NCBI GenBank assembly: GCA_965279035.1
Contig: OZ257142.1
Span: forward strand, 3,616,001-3,680,000
From: Bacteroidia bacterium
GTDB taxonomy: Bacteria > Bacteroidota > Bacteroidia > M30B66
Length of the DNA stretch: 64,000 nt
Direction: 5' to 3'
Under the pieces are notes generated by a model. It had not been told where the DNA came from and ran no database searches. It saw nothing but the letters and a program-made list of their open reading frames with translations. The number at the start of each line of letters is the position of its first letter. Positions within the stretch are counted from its first letter, which is position 1. The translations under genes and the position numbers were made by a program. Of the stretch, positions 12,001-18,742 are shown one piece after another.

Positions 12001-13766
12001 CAGGCGCGTTGAATTCTACTAGTTATAATTTCTGGTCATCACCAATAACCAATGCTACTCTCTCAGTATTGAGCGGTAATCGTTATATGTATGATCCTAA
12101 TTCTGCAACTGGTTCGGATGTAAATGGACTTAGAGCTGGATGGATTGCACCAGGTGCTACAATGACTCCAGGTAGAGGATATATTGCAACCGGTACTGGT
12201 AACGCTGCATTTATTGGAACTCCAAACAATGGTAACATTTCATTTGGTCCAATGGCTCTTGGTACTTATACCAATTTCAATTTGATTGGAAATCCTTATC
12301 CATGTGCAATTAGTGCGTCTGCATTTGTTTCGGCTAATCCTCAAATTTTAGGTGGAGCAATTTATTTCTGGGATGATGATAACTCAGCTGGTTCAGGCTA
12401 TGCAGCTTCGGATTATGGTGTTTATAATGGAATTGGTTTCGTTGGACCTAATAGTGGTAAAACATTCAATGGAAATATCGCTTCAGCTCAAGGATTCTTT
12501 ATTCAAGCTTCTAATACAGGTTCGATCAATTTCACCAATTCAATGCGTACTTCACAAAGCAGTACTTTCTTTGAAACAGAAATGTTAGAGCGTATTTGGG
12601 TAAGTGTTACTACTGCCAATGAAGATTACAATGAAACATTGATCGCATTTAAAGAAGATGCAACCGATGGCAACGATCCTCAATACGATGCTACTAAGCT
12701 TCGTGGAAATGCCGATATTGCTATGTATTCTAAAATCGGAAATGAAGATTTTGCCATCCAAGCACTTTCTCAATTAACGGTTGATAAAACAATTCAAATT
12801 GGTATTGAAGCTTCTTCAAATGGCACTCAAGTTTTCCGATTGAAACAAGTAGAGAATCTTCCTGAAACAGCTCAAATCATTCTTGAAGACCGGAAACTGG
12901 GTATATTCCATAATCTTCGGAATAATCCTGAATATTCTTACGATTATGTTGCTTCAACCGATACTTTACGTTTCAGCTTACACTTCAAACCAGAGGTGAT
13001 CATGTCTGCTTCTACCGAAAGTTGTGTTCAAAATGATGGTGAAATTATCATCAACAGTCCTTCTTCAACACCATGGACTTATCATGTAACAACACAATCG
13101 GGTGTGAATGTATCACAAGGTGAAAATTTCAGTGGAACTACAACAGTTCATAATCTTGCTGGTGGTATCTATTTTATTTCCTTGAACAATCAGTTTGGAA
13201 GCACAATCAATCAAGCAATTGAAGTGGCTAGCGGCTCTCCAGTTGTTGCAACAGCTTCTGCTATAACTCCAATGGTTGAATTAAGCAATGCAGAAGTATC
13301 ATTCACAGCTAGTATTCAAGGCGCAAATGAATCAACTTGGGACTTTGGAGATGGAACAATTGTAACAGGTATCTTAAACCCTGTTCACGTTTACACAGCT
13401 GCAGGATCCTATACTGTAACCTTCATTGCATCTAATTCAACGTGTATGGATGTTAAGACGATGGTTGTAACTGTTAGAGATCTAACAACAGGAATGAATT
13501 CAATTGGTTCAACAGCGTTCTCTATGTTCCCTAATCCGGCAGTAAATTCTACAACGGTTAGTTTACGTTTACCTGAGCGTCAAGCAGAACTTGTATTTAA
13601 TATTCTCGATGCAAGTGGAAAACTAGTTAAGAGTCAAACTTTCAAAAATGTGGATGCGACAGTAAGCCTCACTTTAAATGTTCTTGATTTAACTCCGGGA
13701 GTTTACCAAGTATTAATCAATGGTGGTACTTACAGTACTTCTGCTCGATTGAATGTGATTCGTTAA
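3..13766 (+). CDS. Giant T9SS type-A sorted surface protein/adhesin (beta-helix-like repeats, PKD domain, C-terminal sorting domain); 5' truncated by window edge
   Basis: Frame is open from position 3 (NTILSGTGAINL...), so the ORF-track start at 135 is not the real start. G/T/N/S-rich repetitive sequence; PKD motif WDFGDG...HVY...G.YTV at ~13338; C-terminal FSMFPNPA...ILDASGKLV...LTPGVYQV typical of T9SS type-A CTD. Confidence 0.9.
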   Translation, partial: NTILSGTGAINLAAGSFTSSGTTTLNGTSTITDNNNTGTNTFTGLLTVNTGTNFSTANNSAYVFSGGISNAGTFSKTGTGAVTMNNTITVGGTSAITIAGAVTMNGATTINNTATTTFSGAVTASSTLTLNSAGATNFSTTLASTGLVTLSGLGITTVTGTSTFTGGATTSTSTSTVLTGNVTVGSAQTLTNNGTVNIAGTLNGAAGTSIWVNAANSTLIYSNAAAPMATGTLTATASGNTVNYSTGAQTIKGTSYDILTLGGASVTKTLNGITSVATTLTIPATITLSNSTFALTVPTITVNGILSLGSGSFTASGVITNPGSITIGAGNFTASSTISNSGTFSDASATGTNIITGLFTNTGTFSTTNNPAFEFQGGITNNGTMTATGTGTYSFTTNAQTISGTNPITFGGGFTVTAPGSVIFAGAGAVTITGATTANGTITLNSGCSITHTGNVTIGNGITYNDNGNATIAGTMNGTNAGSTFLIGAGITFSYANATAPMVTGSVNASAAGTTFNYSGANQSISAGTYNNLVLSGSGTKTLVGNVTVLSALTVPATFTLANSTFSLTVPSITVNGTLTLGSGSFTSTGAITNTGTITISTGNFTASSTISNSGTFSDVNGPGTNIITGLFTNTGIFTTSNNPPFEFQGGITNNGTMTATGTGTYSFTTNAQTISGTNPITFGGGFTVTAPGSVIFAGAGNVTITGVTTVNGTITLNSGCSITHTGAVTIGNGITYNDNGNATIAGTLNGTNAGSTFLIGPGLTFSYSNATAPMAIGFVDASAAGTTFNYSGAAQNISAGTYNNLVLSGSGVKTLVGNVTVLSALTVPATFTLANSTFSLTVPSITVNGTLSLGAGSFTSNGAITNTGAITIGAGNFTASSTISNSGTFSDAAAAGTNIITGLFTNTGTFSNTNNPPFEFQGGITNNGTMTATGTGNYSFTTNAQTISGTNPITFGGGFTVTAPGSVIFAGAGAVTITGATTVNGTITLNSGCSITHTGNVTIGNGITYNDNGNATIAGTLNGTNAGSTFLIGPGLTFSYSNATAPMAIGFVDASAAGTTFNYSGAAQNISAGTYNNLVLSGSATKTLIGNITVNSAFIIPVGITFNSAGFDFTCNSTVSVLGTYNDNALAGTNTIVGLLTNTGTLNNSGNSPFELRNGLTNNGTFTPGTGAFLFSTNNQIISGTNAITFGGSVSIGDNVQLTNNSTLLTINGVLTGLSATAFFKAGTSSVLTYGNNTSPMSGGVLDATASPNTFVYSSTSGTQSIKETTYHHLSFTGGATHSVPNITVNGNFTRTTSPISSPNFTWTFETSNASTINLNGSGISLPNIVINKAGGSITFVPSAAAQSNTLLSLTVGAGSFILGNAFATTLTITENLSGLGTLDMSTIAGHVLNLGGQTNSIQTFLTPAGSGSATVNYTRVNDQTIFASVNYRNLGITGNGDKTLNGPVFVDGTLTMSANTGRIVLGSSNLKLKSTSTIVPTGLGFSGTKMIVTDGAGSLLKEASTVPQISGFIFPIGSNGNYNPFQITTLTGTVTPIGYVSVRAVPLQQPNVPYYNNSLIKYWDVQTANIAITSASISYLYVNNASEVIGSNALYVPRVWNGTSLVAPAGASGGATNPMTSVGTTFLAGQWTGVDPTIRTTLYSYQSGDWANLNTWTTDPSGSTLVTSIIPGAGDQVVILNGRTVTTAIARTVGSVFIESGATLDLGTTTGHNLGTVDGQGLLRLSSVNYPGGSFTPFVSSTGGTIEYYDLPAGANILPSLPATVNTYNNLIVSNSTASSYSLNQNSTIIINGNLSLLKSGSGTTTYNLGSAAGSFTTTVSKNVTIAPACTLGVSSYNAAHTLNIYGNLDVSGRIDLQNGAPYTVPVNGRATLNFFGSVTNTTATFNASSQADLYDVTTTKNEGFELLVSASPSSTVGFNGGGITIIPNSGILHLGPNITIPSLGNVGNYDLGGPGVLPVFWIDGANVTDGGVSGAIVPYGTMKITAGSLTCVNGQGAVVLRESGLLQIDGGTVQMKIFRTSTTAVTHRGSFVMTGGSLNITGNNGSESSFYASFTLPYPENVFQMSGGTITITRTVGGTITPRGGILIASNAQNYLVTGGKVIVNVSGNQFFDITSTAPFYDMDISKTVAGTGNVQLNPISWSYDGSAGNTAVVPAQPLRILNNLNFNTAIAVGFLGNNNNIEVGGNLTVNNITTLSTGTGLLVFNGNAAQTFTMSGIIGVPGLGGLTVSKGSATSLLIAGTITNIPFSGGLNLLSGTLADGGKGLLFGGNVINNSLHIGAGRIVLNGTSAQTISSNGTGAFQNLEIASTAGAIGSVQVSATNTLRVNGNITLSTDRKLSIGIYKLILTGTSQMLSTAGSFSINRFIQTDGFLSDGGIVKTFSNTTAVVFPFGTGTNYTPATIQFSSAPTTWGTLDVRPVTARQLYVTDPNTFIYHWKVRQTGFTGVPANSINLTFNYGNLTDNAAYIPAFYDYQAIAYTPINDVTKVDEVTNNIYFTGVSYFNGDFTAGIPAAFGVVVPYYSRANGSWNTPSTWSNNAILKHAGAASLTIPSSNSPVFIGDGTTYFHTVTVPSNNTVSGSLIVDAGSILDLGSTTGNNFGALPYSTAGGAGRIRISSATPTAEFPAGDFGIFFTVDGGTTEYYSGATAFTIPIISAAPTNMQIRSYRNLILNPSVSSSVTLPNRDLEVYENVTINGNAAGIAALNDVSSKALTIHGNLDITSGNFRFGSAFSQSALIEGNLTVSTNGTMSVLNAGSAAHSINLLGNLTNNGTVNLNQASDVNISFTGINSRSITGTNAAATTSLSQITINKGTSNAILVNVDVLGTLITPTNNWLNLVNGTFRLSKAATITLTDAAGADFIIPNTTSLSLNHISAVVNACMANDNASDFILAGKLEILNGTLNIGNTLSNNVHNDLEYSASDVPVILVQGTGVLNVNGQIRRSVSVLLGSLDYTQKNNSTVHVFGKNQEAASSFNLNRAKFEILNPGSQFTMQDNALLIIDRNGLASGTFGDFYLNPASFAVTGGEVRFGTSDTPPSATESTFLLNTTTPFWNLTVDGTTTNKTVRLATDGITVRSNLSILGGSVFDANGLNVSIAGDMTNMNSSAAAGVSLGGYRPGSLSQVTTINGSTAVQQLTGNTGNLTNFANLVIDNSFVGGSLNLQSNTAIRVNSNLSILTGNLNTAGNLATVLGNVINNRTHTSSGAGYLVMGGSSNQTISGNGSGVFGNLRMSNAAGIDLDNPITINGDLNFVAGLFYINNNQLTLGLTSTVTGTLNASSMIRMNGVVSDGGLKKLYPASAHDFTFPVGVTLKYTPARINVTSNGVAGSVTIKLGNIKHPATTDPADKELMYYWSTASTGFDASTLVNHTYNYINSDAINGVEANYRTGRYVNNVWTPQFGIAGTVNAAANTMTLTGVNYFNGDYTAGEQTEFDQLLVFYSRNATLGGNWNDVNSWSTDAILTHAGAAAATPPTFNSVVIAAGHTINATANNTSAPTAIIDGTLDLSNFIGNNLGTVTGTGTIRLAPTGLNQYIFPAGTFATFTSAGGGTIEYYNTSGTATLPSQGIYNHLVFSGASTKALFNTDIVVNGNLTINAGTVTNPSNRILSLKGNLINSSGLTALQTGTTGSLQLTGGVQSITGATSVGKLILNGAGFKTLNSSFTVTNQLTYTSGIIQTGANQLILALGALGTGASASSYVYGNLQKYISGGTVSRNFEVGDATTYAPVNFQFTGTTNSGGSITVSTASGDHPATATSGIDGSKSVNRNWSISNSGVGGFTAASVTFNFVSGDLDPAVNTGNLSAAKYTASSWTQQTVGTRTSTSLQITGLTSVSLGISNQFELAEPFAAGITWTGLVNVDWNNPGNWNPNTVPTGSDNITIPVVPNEPSFLTPGNGIARNIVLQTGAIVNIPAGYQITVNGNWISSNGTVTGPGNVLFTSPVAVHSGTTTFNGVVSVATGANLNTSNSLVMASGAAFMHGTGTTGGGGTVTGNLRIRRSGALNSTSYNFWSSPITNATLSVLSGNRYMYDPNSATGSDVNGLRAGWIAPGATMTPGRGYIATGTGNAAFIGTPNNGNISFGPMALGTYTNFNLIGNPYPCAISASAFVSANPQILGGAIYFWDDDNSAGSGYAASDYGVYNGIGFVGPNSGKTFNGNIASAQGFFIQASNTGSINFTNSMRTSQSSTFFETEMLERIWVSVTTANEDYNETLIAFKEDATDGNDPQYDATKLRGNADIAMYSKIGNEDFAIQALSQLTVDKTIQIGIEASSNGTQVFRLKQVENLPETAQIILEDRKLGIFHNLRNNPEYSYDYVASTDTLRFSLHFKPEVIMSASTESCVQNDGEIIINSPSSTPWTYHVTTQSGVNVSQGENFSGTTTVHNLAGGIYFISLNNQFGSTINQAIEVASGSPVVATASAITPMVELSNAEVSFTASIQGANESTWDFGDGTIVTGILNPVHVYTAAGSYTVTFIASNSTCMDVKTMVVTVRDLTTGMNSIGSTAFSMFPNPAVNSTTVSLRLPERQAELVFNILDASGKLVKSQTFKNVDATVSLTLNVLDLTPGVYQVLINGGTYSTSARLNVIR
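840..3296 (+). repeat. Three in-frame tandem repeats of 819 bp (273 aa) within the giant protein
   Basis: gaattccaagg...acaaacaatggtacaatgacagctaccggaac recurs at 1122, 1941 and 2760 (period 819); units start at 840, 1659 and 2478. Confidence 0.95.
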
Positions 13767-13787
13767 TTCTTATTGTTTCAGCAAATA

Positions 13788-13830
13788 AAAAAGCCCCGTG
13801 AACTTTCAAATTCACGGGGCTTTCTATTTT
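13788..13830. terminator. Bidirectional rho-independent terminator between convergent giant-protein and tonB genes
   Basis: Stem aaagccccgtgaa (13790-13802) / ttcacggggcttt (13811-13823) flanked by A- and T-rich tracts. Confidence 0.85.
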
Positions 13831-13837
13831 ATTCCTT

Positions 13838-14665
13838 TTATTTCAAACTAAACTTAACTGGCAAATTATATCGAACTGGTACTTTTTGACCTCCTTGAAT
13901 ACCTGCTTTCCAGTTTGGCATTTTGCTAACAACTCTTATAACTTCTTCGGATAATCCAGTTGAAGGTGAACGATTGATCTTAATATCATCTATCACTCCA
14001 TTTACATTTACAACAAACGAAACATACACTACTCCACTTATTCCTATTTCACGATCTTGTCTAGGATACCTTATATTGTTTCGGAGGAAATTAAATAAGG
14101 CTTCCTCTCCTCCTGGAAATTCAGGCATAAACTCAGCCATATCTAATACCTTTTTTGAAGTTCCTGATCCACCTGATCCAACTTCTTTTTCTTTTCCTCC
14201 ACCGCCTTCAGGAATAATTGGCCCTTTAACTCCTTTTCCTCCAGGATTATATTCCAATGAATCCTTCTCCTCTTTCTTTTTATCATCTTGCTTAATAGGT
14301 TCCGTAACAGGAGTTGGTGCCTTATCCTCCATTTTTAATTTATCCGATCCTGCTGGTGGAATAACGCTTTTTTCTCCTCCTTTTGGTGGCTCCTGTTTTT
14401 CTGGTAATACTACTTCAATGATCTTAATATCATGTTTCTCTGCTGTTTTCTTTGTGATGTCGGACAAAGAAAGATGATGTGCCTCTCCTAAAATATACAT
14501 CGTAGAAACAATTGTAAGCACTAGGCCTGCAGAAAAGAAAAAGCCAGTTAGGATGTTTCTGTCGTATTCTTTACGAAGTTGGAATGCTCCGTATGCATGA
14601 TTGCGGTGTTCAAATACAATCTCGTCGAACGAGAGATTAGAACGGTTGGGGTTTGGACTCAGCAT
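13838..14665 (-). CDS. tonB: Energy transducer TonB family protein
   Basis: N-terminal FEHRNHAYGAFQLRKEY plus one TM helix, P/E/K-rich linker, C-terminal MPEFPGG...IRYP...G.VYVSFVV...PVKF TonB_C domain. Confidence 0.85.
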   Translation of the reverse strand: MLSPNPNRSNLSFDEIVFEHRNHAYGAFQLRKEYDRNILTGFFFSAGLVLTIVSTMYILGEAHHLSLSDITKKTAEKHDIKIIEVVLPEKQEPPKGGEKSVIPPAGSDKLKMEDKAPTPVTEPIKQDDKKKEEKDSLEYNPGGKGVKGPIIPEGGGGKEKEVGSGGSGTSKKVLDMAEFMPEFPGGEEALFNFLRNNIRYPRQDREIGISGVVYVSFVVNVNGVIDDIKINRSPSTGLSEEVIRVVSKMPNWKAGIQGGQKVPVRYNLPVKFSLK

Positions 14666-14755
14666 AACGTTTGGTTTTGTTGCGTATATGGGAGTTAACG
14701 CAGATGGTTCACCAAACGATATAGTTTCTTGGGGACAGATTTCCGTATTTATCGC

Positions 14756-15655
14756 TCAAGCTCTAGGATGAAATTCGGTAATCACTTGGCGGAGATATTC
14801 TCGATCGAGATGGGTATAAATCTCGGTAGTAGTTATCGACTCATGTCCCAACATTTCTTGTACAGCGCGCAAATCGGCTCCGCCCTCAACCAAAGACGTG
14901 GCAAAGGAATGACGGAATGTATGAGGACTAATCTTCTTCTTCAACCCAATCTTTTTTGCTAAATCTTTAATCATCAAAAAAACCATTACACGCGTTAAAC
15001 GTTTGCCTCTTCGGTTTAAAAAAACAATGTCCTCCTCACCCACTTTTACAGGAACATGAATTCGAACTTGTCCTAAATAATCTTCTAATCGTTTCCGAAC
15101 TTCCGAGCCTGCAGGGATAATGCGTTCTTTATTTCCTTTCCCAGTTACTTTTATAAATTCGGCTTGGAGATGCAAATCAGAAATTTTCAAATTGACCAAT
15201 TCAGAAACGCGTAAACCACAACTATACAAGGTTTCTAAAATTGCCCGATTTCGTTCTCCTTCGGCTTTGCTTAAGTCGATGGCTGCTATGAGTGCATCAA
15301 TATCTTGAATATCTAGTGTATCGGGAAGTTTGCGCCCTAATTTAGGAGAATCGAGTTGGTCGCAGGGATCGGTTTGGATGAGGTTTTCGAGGAGCAAAAA
15401 TTTATAAAATGCCTTCAATCCTGAAATCATACGTGCCTGAGAACGTGGTTGCATACCTAATTCGGCCACCCATTTGACTAAACCTTTCAGATGTTCGGGT
15501 TCCACATTTTCGGGTGAAACCGATAATCCATGAACCTCAAAAAATTGCCATAATTTCTCAACATCTCGTTCATACGCTTCTACCGAATTTGGCGAAAGCG
15601 AACGCTCAAGCTTGAGAAATGCTTTGAAGCCTTTTATCGAAGAGGACCAGTCCAT
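14756..15655 (-). CDS. xerD: Site-specific tyrosine recombinase XerD
   Basis: LYSCGLRVSEL, GKGNKER, SPHTFRHSFAT, VQEMLGH, TEIYTH catalytic motifs; 299 aa; ends FHPRA. Confidence 0.9.
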   Translation of the reverse strand: MDWSSSIKGFKAFLKLERSLSPNSVEAYERDVEKLWQFFEVHGLSVSPENVEPEHLKGLVKWVAELGMQPRSQARMISGLKAFYKFLLLENLIQTDPCDQLDSPKLGRKLPDTLDIQDIDALIAAIDLSKAEGERNRAILETLYSCGLRVSELVNLKISDLHLQAEFIKVTGKGNKERIIPAGSEVRKRLEDYLGQVRIHVPVKVGEEDIVFLNRRGKRLTRVMVFLMIKDLAKKIGLKKKISPHTFRHSFATSLVEGGADLRAVQEMLGHESITTTEIYTHLDREYLRQVITEFHPRA

Positions 15656-15678
15656 TTCTTGTGTACTTTCGTTGCCGG

Positions 15679-16104
15679 ATGAAACTACATATCATCAACG
15701 GTCCAAATTTAAACCTTCTTGGAACGCGCGAACCTGAAATCTATGGCTCACGTGGTTTTGATTCATTTTTAGATGAATTGAAAGCGGAATTTCCATCTTT
15801 AGAATTGAGCTATTTCCAAAGCAATGTCGAAGGTGAAATCATCAATAACATACATGAACACGGCTTTTCAGTTGATGGCATTTTACTCAATGCAGGTGGA
15901 TACACACACACTTCTGTTGCCATTGGTGATGCTGTTGCTGCTATAAAATCACCTGTTATTGAAGTGCATATCAGTAATGTATTTGCACGTGAAAGTTTTC
16001 GTCATTTAAGTTACATTGCTCCTCACGCTTTGGGCGTTATTAGCGGATTTGGCTTGAATAGCTATCGTCTAGCAATAGAGCATTTTGCTCAAAATAACCG
16101 ATAG
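15679..16104 (+). CDS. aroQ: Type II 3-dehydroquinate dehydratase
   Basis: INGPNLNLLGTREPEIYG, QSNVEG, NAGGYTHTSVA, EVHISNV.ARE.FRH motifs; start set to the ATG at 15679. Confidence 0.95.
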   Translation: MKLHIINGPNLNLLGTREPEIYGSRGFDSFLDELKAEFPSLELSYFQSNVEGEIINNIHEHGFSVDGILLNAGGYTHTSVAIGDAVAAIKSPVIEVHISNVFARESFRHLSYIAPHALGVISGFGLNSYRLAIEHFAQNNR

Positions 16105-16129
16105 AATTAGCTACCGGAAATACTACAAC

Positions 16130-16741
16130 ATGAAACGTTATTTTATCACAGGAATTGGGACAGGTGTTGGCAAAACGGTGATGAGTGCCATTTTATGTGA
16201 AGCATTGAATGCTGATTATTGGAAACCAATTCAAGCAGGTGAACTTGAGAATTCCGATACTGTCTCAGTAAAGAAATTGATTTCTAATTCTCGTTCAGTT
16301 TTTCACCCAGAAGCCTATCAATTACCATATCCACTTTCACCACATGCATCAGCCGAAAAAGCTGGAATAACAATCGATCCAGCTACTATTGCAGTTCCTC
16401 AATCAACGAATCATTTAATTATTGAAGGTGCAGGTGGATTAATGGTTCCTATCAATCGTAAAACACTTTATATCGATTTAATTCCCGCTTTAAATTCTGA
16501 AGTAATTTTAGTTTCGAAGAATTATTTAGGCAGTATAAATCATACGCTAATGAGCGCCGAAAGCTTGATGTTACGTAATATTCCTGTTCGGGGAATTGTA
16601 TTTAACGGAGATGAAAATCCAGCCACGGAATCCATTATTCTGGAAATGACCGGATTTCAATTCTTGGGACGAATTCCTCAAGTGGATTTTATCGATTCTG
16701 TATTTATTCAACAACAAGCTGCTGCATTTGCAACCTTATGA
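16130..16741 (+). CDS. bioD: Dethiobiotin synthase
   Basis: FITGIGTGVGKT P-loop, WKPIQAG, SPH, IEGAGGLMVP, LGSINHTL; ATG at 16130. Confidence 0.93.
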   Translation: MKRYFITGIGTGVGKTVMSAILCEALNADYWKPIQAGELENSDTVSVKKLISNSRSVFHPEAYQLPYPLSPHASAEKAGITIDPATIAVPQSTNHLIIEGAGGLMVPINRKTLYIDLIPALNSEVILVSKNYLGSINHTLMSAESLMLRNIPVRGIVFNGDENPATESIILEMTGFQFLGRIPQVDFIDSVFIQQQAAAFATL

Positions 16742-18021
16742 ATTGGAGTGAACGCGACCAGGCTGTAATCTGGCACCCATTTACACAAGCACAAACAGCA
16801 GCAGAGCCTATTGCCATTGTGAAAGCAGAAGGTATTTGGTTGTATGCCGAAGATGGAAAACGATATTTAGATGCAACATCTAGTTGGTGGGTGAATGCTC
16901 ATGGTCATGCTCACCCATACATTGCAGAACAAATTTTCAAACAAGCTTCCACTCTTGAACACATCATTTTCGCAGGTTTTACGCATGAACCAGCCATTCT
17001 GCTAGCCGAAAAACTGATACGACTTCTACCCGGTGACCAAGCTCGGATATTTTATTCCGACAATGGTTCTACTAGTGTAGAAGTTGCTTTAAAAATGGCC
17101 TTGCAGTATCATCATAACCGAGGGCAGAATAGAAGAAAAATCATTTCGTTTAGCAATGCCTATCATGGCGATACGTTTGGAGCGATGTCGGTTGGGGCGA
17201 GAAATGCTTTTAATGCGCCATTTGAACCCTTGTTGTTTGAGGTTTTAAGTATTCAACCTCCAGAAAAAGGTCTAGAAGAAAGTTGCATAGCACACATGGA
17301 AAAATTACTGGCAGATGATCAAATAGCTGCCTTTATTTTCGAGCCTTTGGTGCAAGGTGCAAATGGAATGCGCATGCATGATTCGGAATCACTGAGTCGC
17401 CTTATTGAATTATGTCGGTCCAAAGGAATAATTACCATAGCTGATGAGGTTTTTACAGGATTTTACCGAACGGGAAAACGCTTTGCCTGTGATCATCTTT
17501 CGGTTCAACCCGATATCATGTGTATGTCGAAGACACTAACTGGTGGTACTTTACCCTTAGGTGTTACTGCTGCTCCTGAATTTATTTATGAGGCTTTTTT
17601 AAGTGATGATAAATACAAAACATTCTTCCACGGACATTCCTTTACGGCTAATCCAATTGCATGTCGGTCAGCTTTGGCTTCGTTAGAATTATTTGATAAT
17701 TCAAGTTGTATAGAAAATATCCAACGCATTGTAGAGGCTCATTTAGAATTTGCAGAAGAGTTATACGGAAATAGTTCAATAGAAGAAATTCGAATCCTAG
17801 GAACGATACTCGCAATTGAATTAAAAACGGTTGATGAACGGGGTTATATGAATCCTATTTCGGAACGATTGACCCGTTTTTTCCTTGAACAAGGAATCTA
17901 TTTACGTCCATTGGGAAATGTGTTGTATGTAACACCACCTTATTGTATTCAAAAAGCTGAATTAGCTAGTATTTATTCTGCTATTCGTGAATGCTTGAAT
18001 AATTTTTTGGTAAACAGTTGA
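16738..18021 (+). CDS. bioA: Adenosylmethionine-8-amino-7-oxononanoate transaminase
   Basis: IWHPFTQ, SSWWVNAHGH, DNGSTSVEVALKMA, YHGDTFGAM, IADEVFTGF, SKTLTGG; ATGA overlap with bioD. Confidence 0.95.
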   Translation: MNWSERDQAVIWHPFTQAQTAAEPIAIVKAEGIWLYAEDGKRYLDATSSWWVNAHGHAHPYIAEQIFKQASTLEHIIFAGFTHEPAILLAEKLIRLLPGDQARIFYSDNGSTSVEVALKMALQYHHNRGQNRRKIISFSNAYHGDTFGAMSVGARNAFNAPFEPLLFEVLSIQPPEKGLEESCIAHMEKLLADDQIAAFIFEPLVQGANGMRMHDSESLSRLIELCRSKGIITIADEVFTGFYRTGKRFACDHLSVQPDIMCMSKTLTGGTLPLGVTAAPEFIYEAFLSDDKYKTFFHGHSFTANPIACRSALASLELFDNSSCIENIQRIVEAHLEFAEELYGNSSIEEIRILGTILAIELKTVDERGYMNPISERLTRFFLEQGIYLRPLGNVLYVTPPYCIQKAELASIYSAIRECLNNFLVNS

Positions 18022-18040
18022 TTGAATTAATTTTGAATGC

Positions 18041-18601
18041 ATGAAAAAGGACCAATTCGAAAGCGAGCGAATCAGTGTAAATGAAAGCCCTGAACAACTC
18101 GAAATTGTTATCAGTGGCAAGGTTCCACAAAATCAATTTGTCATGCTGAGTGTTTGGCTTATAGCATGGACCTTTGCTGGTGGATATGTGATATCTCAAT
18201 TATTCTCGAATTTACCGGGCAATACACGTATTTTCATGTTTGTGTGGTTGGTGTTCTGGTTTTATTTTGAATTTAAAGTTGGCTCAGCTTGGCTTTGGAG
18301 AAAATATGGAAGAGAAGTTTTACGTATACGCGCAGATAAAACTGAACTTCGTTTTGAATTAGCCTATGGTGGCAGAGGTTTCGAATTTAATACACCTGAA
18401 ATTCGAAACCTGAGTAATATGGAGCAACAGAAAGGACTATTTGTAAAGAACTATTTTTCTTCATTTTGGGTGATTGGTGGAGAAACTATTGGGTTCTATT
18501 ATCAAGGGAAATTGCATTTATTGGGAAGACAGATCAGTCAGAAAGACACCGAACTATTAATGCAAAAAATTGGGCATCGATTAAAGAAATGGGCGCCATG
18601 A
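18041..18601 (+). CDS. Hypothetical membrane protein (two N-terminal TM helices plus soluble C-terminal domain)
   Basis: 186-aa ORF with two W/F-rich hydrophobic segments, 19 bp downstream of bioA. Confidence 0.65.
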   Translation: MKKDQFESERISVNESPEQLEIVISGKVPQNQFVMLSVWLIAWTFAGGYVISQLFSNLPGNTRIFMFVWLVFWFYFEFKVGSAWLWRKYGREVLRIRADKTELRFELAYGGRGFEFNTPEIRNLSNMEQQKGLFVKNYFSSFWVIGGETIGFYYQGKLHLLGRQISQKDTELLMQKIGHRLKKWAP

Positions 18602-18742
18602 GTATTAATCTAATAGTATTAGGAATTAATTCTAAAAATGTCCTTGCCTAAAATAGGTTGACTTTTTATTATCACTTTCTACTTTGTTAAAGTAGTTTAT
18701 TGTTTGTTGTTTTAAGTTTCTTTTTTGGTTCTTTTTTCTTTG

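Noticed and set aside
767-12773. Many antisense and alternate-frame ORFs inside the giant gene, some themselves repeated (e.g. MFVIPPWNSN...)
   Set aside because: Shadow ORFs caused by the biased codon usage and 819-bp repeats of the real gene; no protein motifs.
14756-15655. Tyrosine recombinase near the repeat-rich adhesin as a possible invertase or integrase
   Set aside because: It looks like housekeeping XerD beside aroQ; no invertible repeats or att sites were seen nearby.
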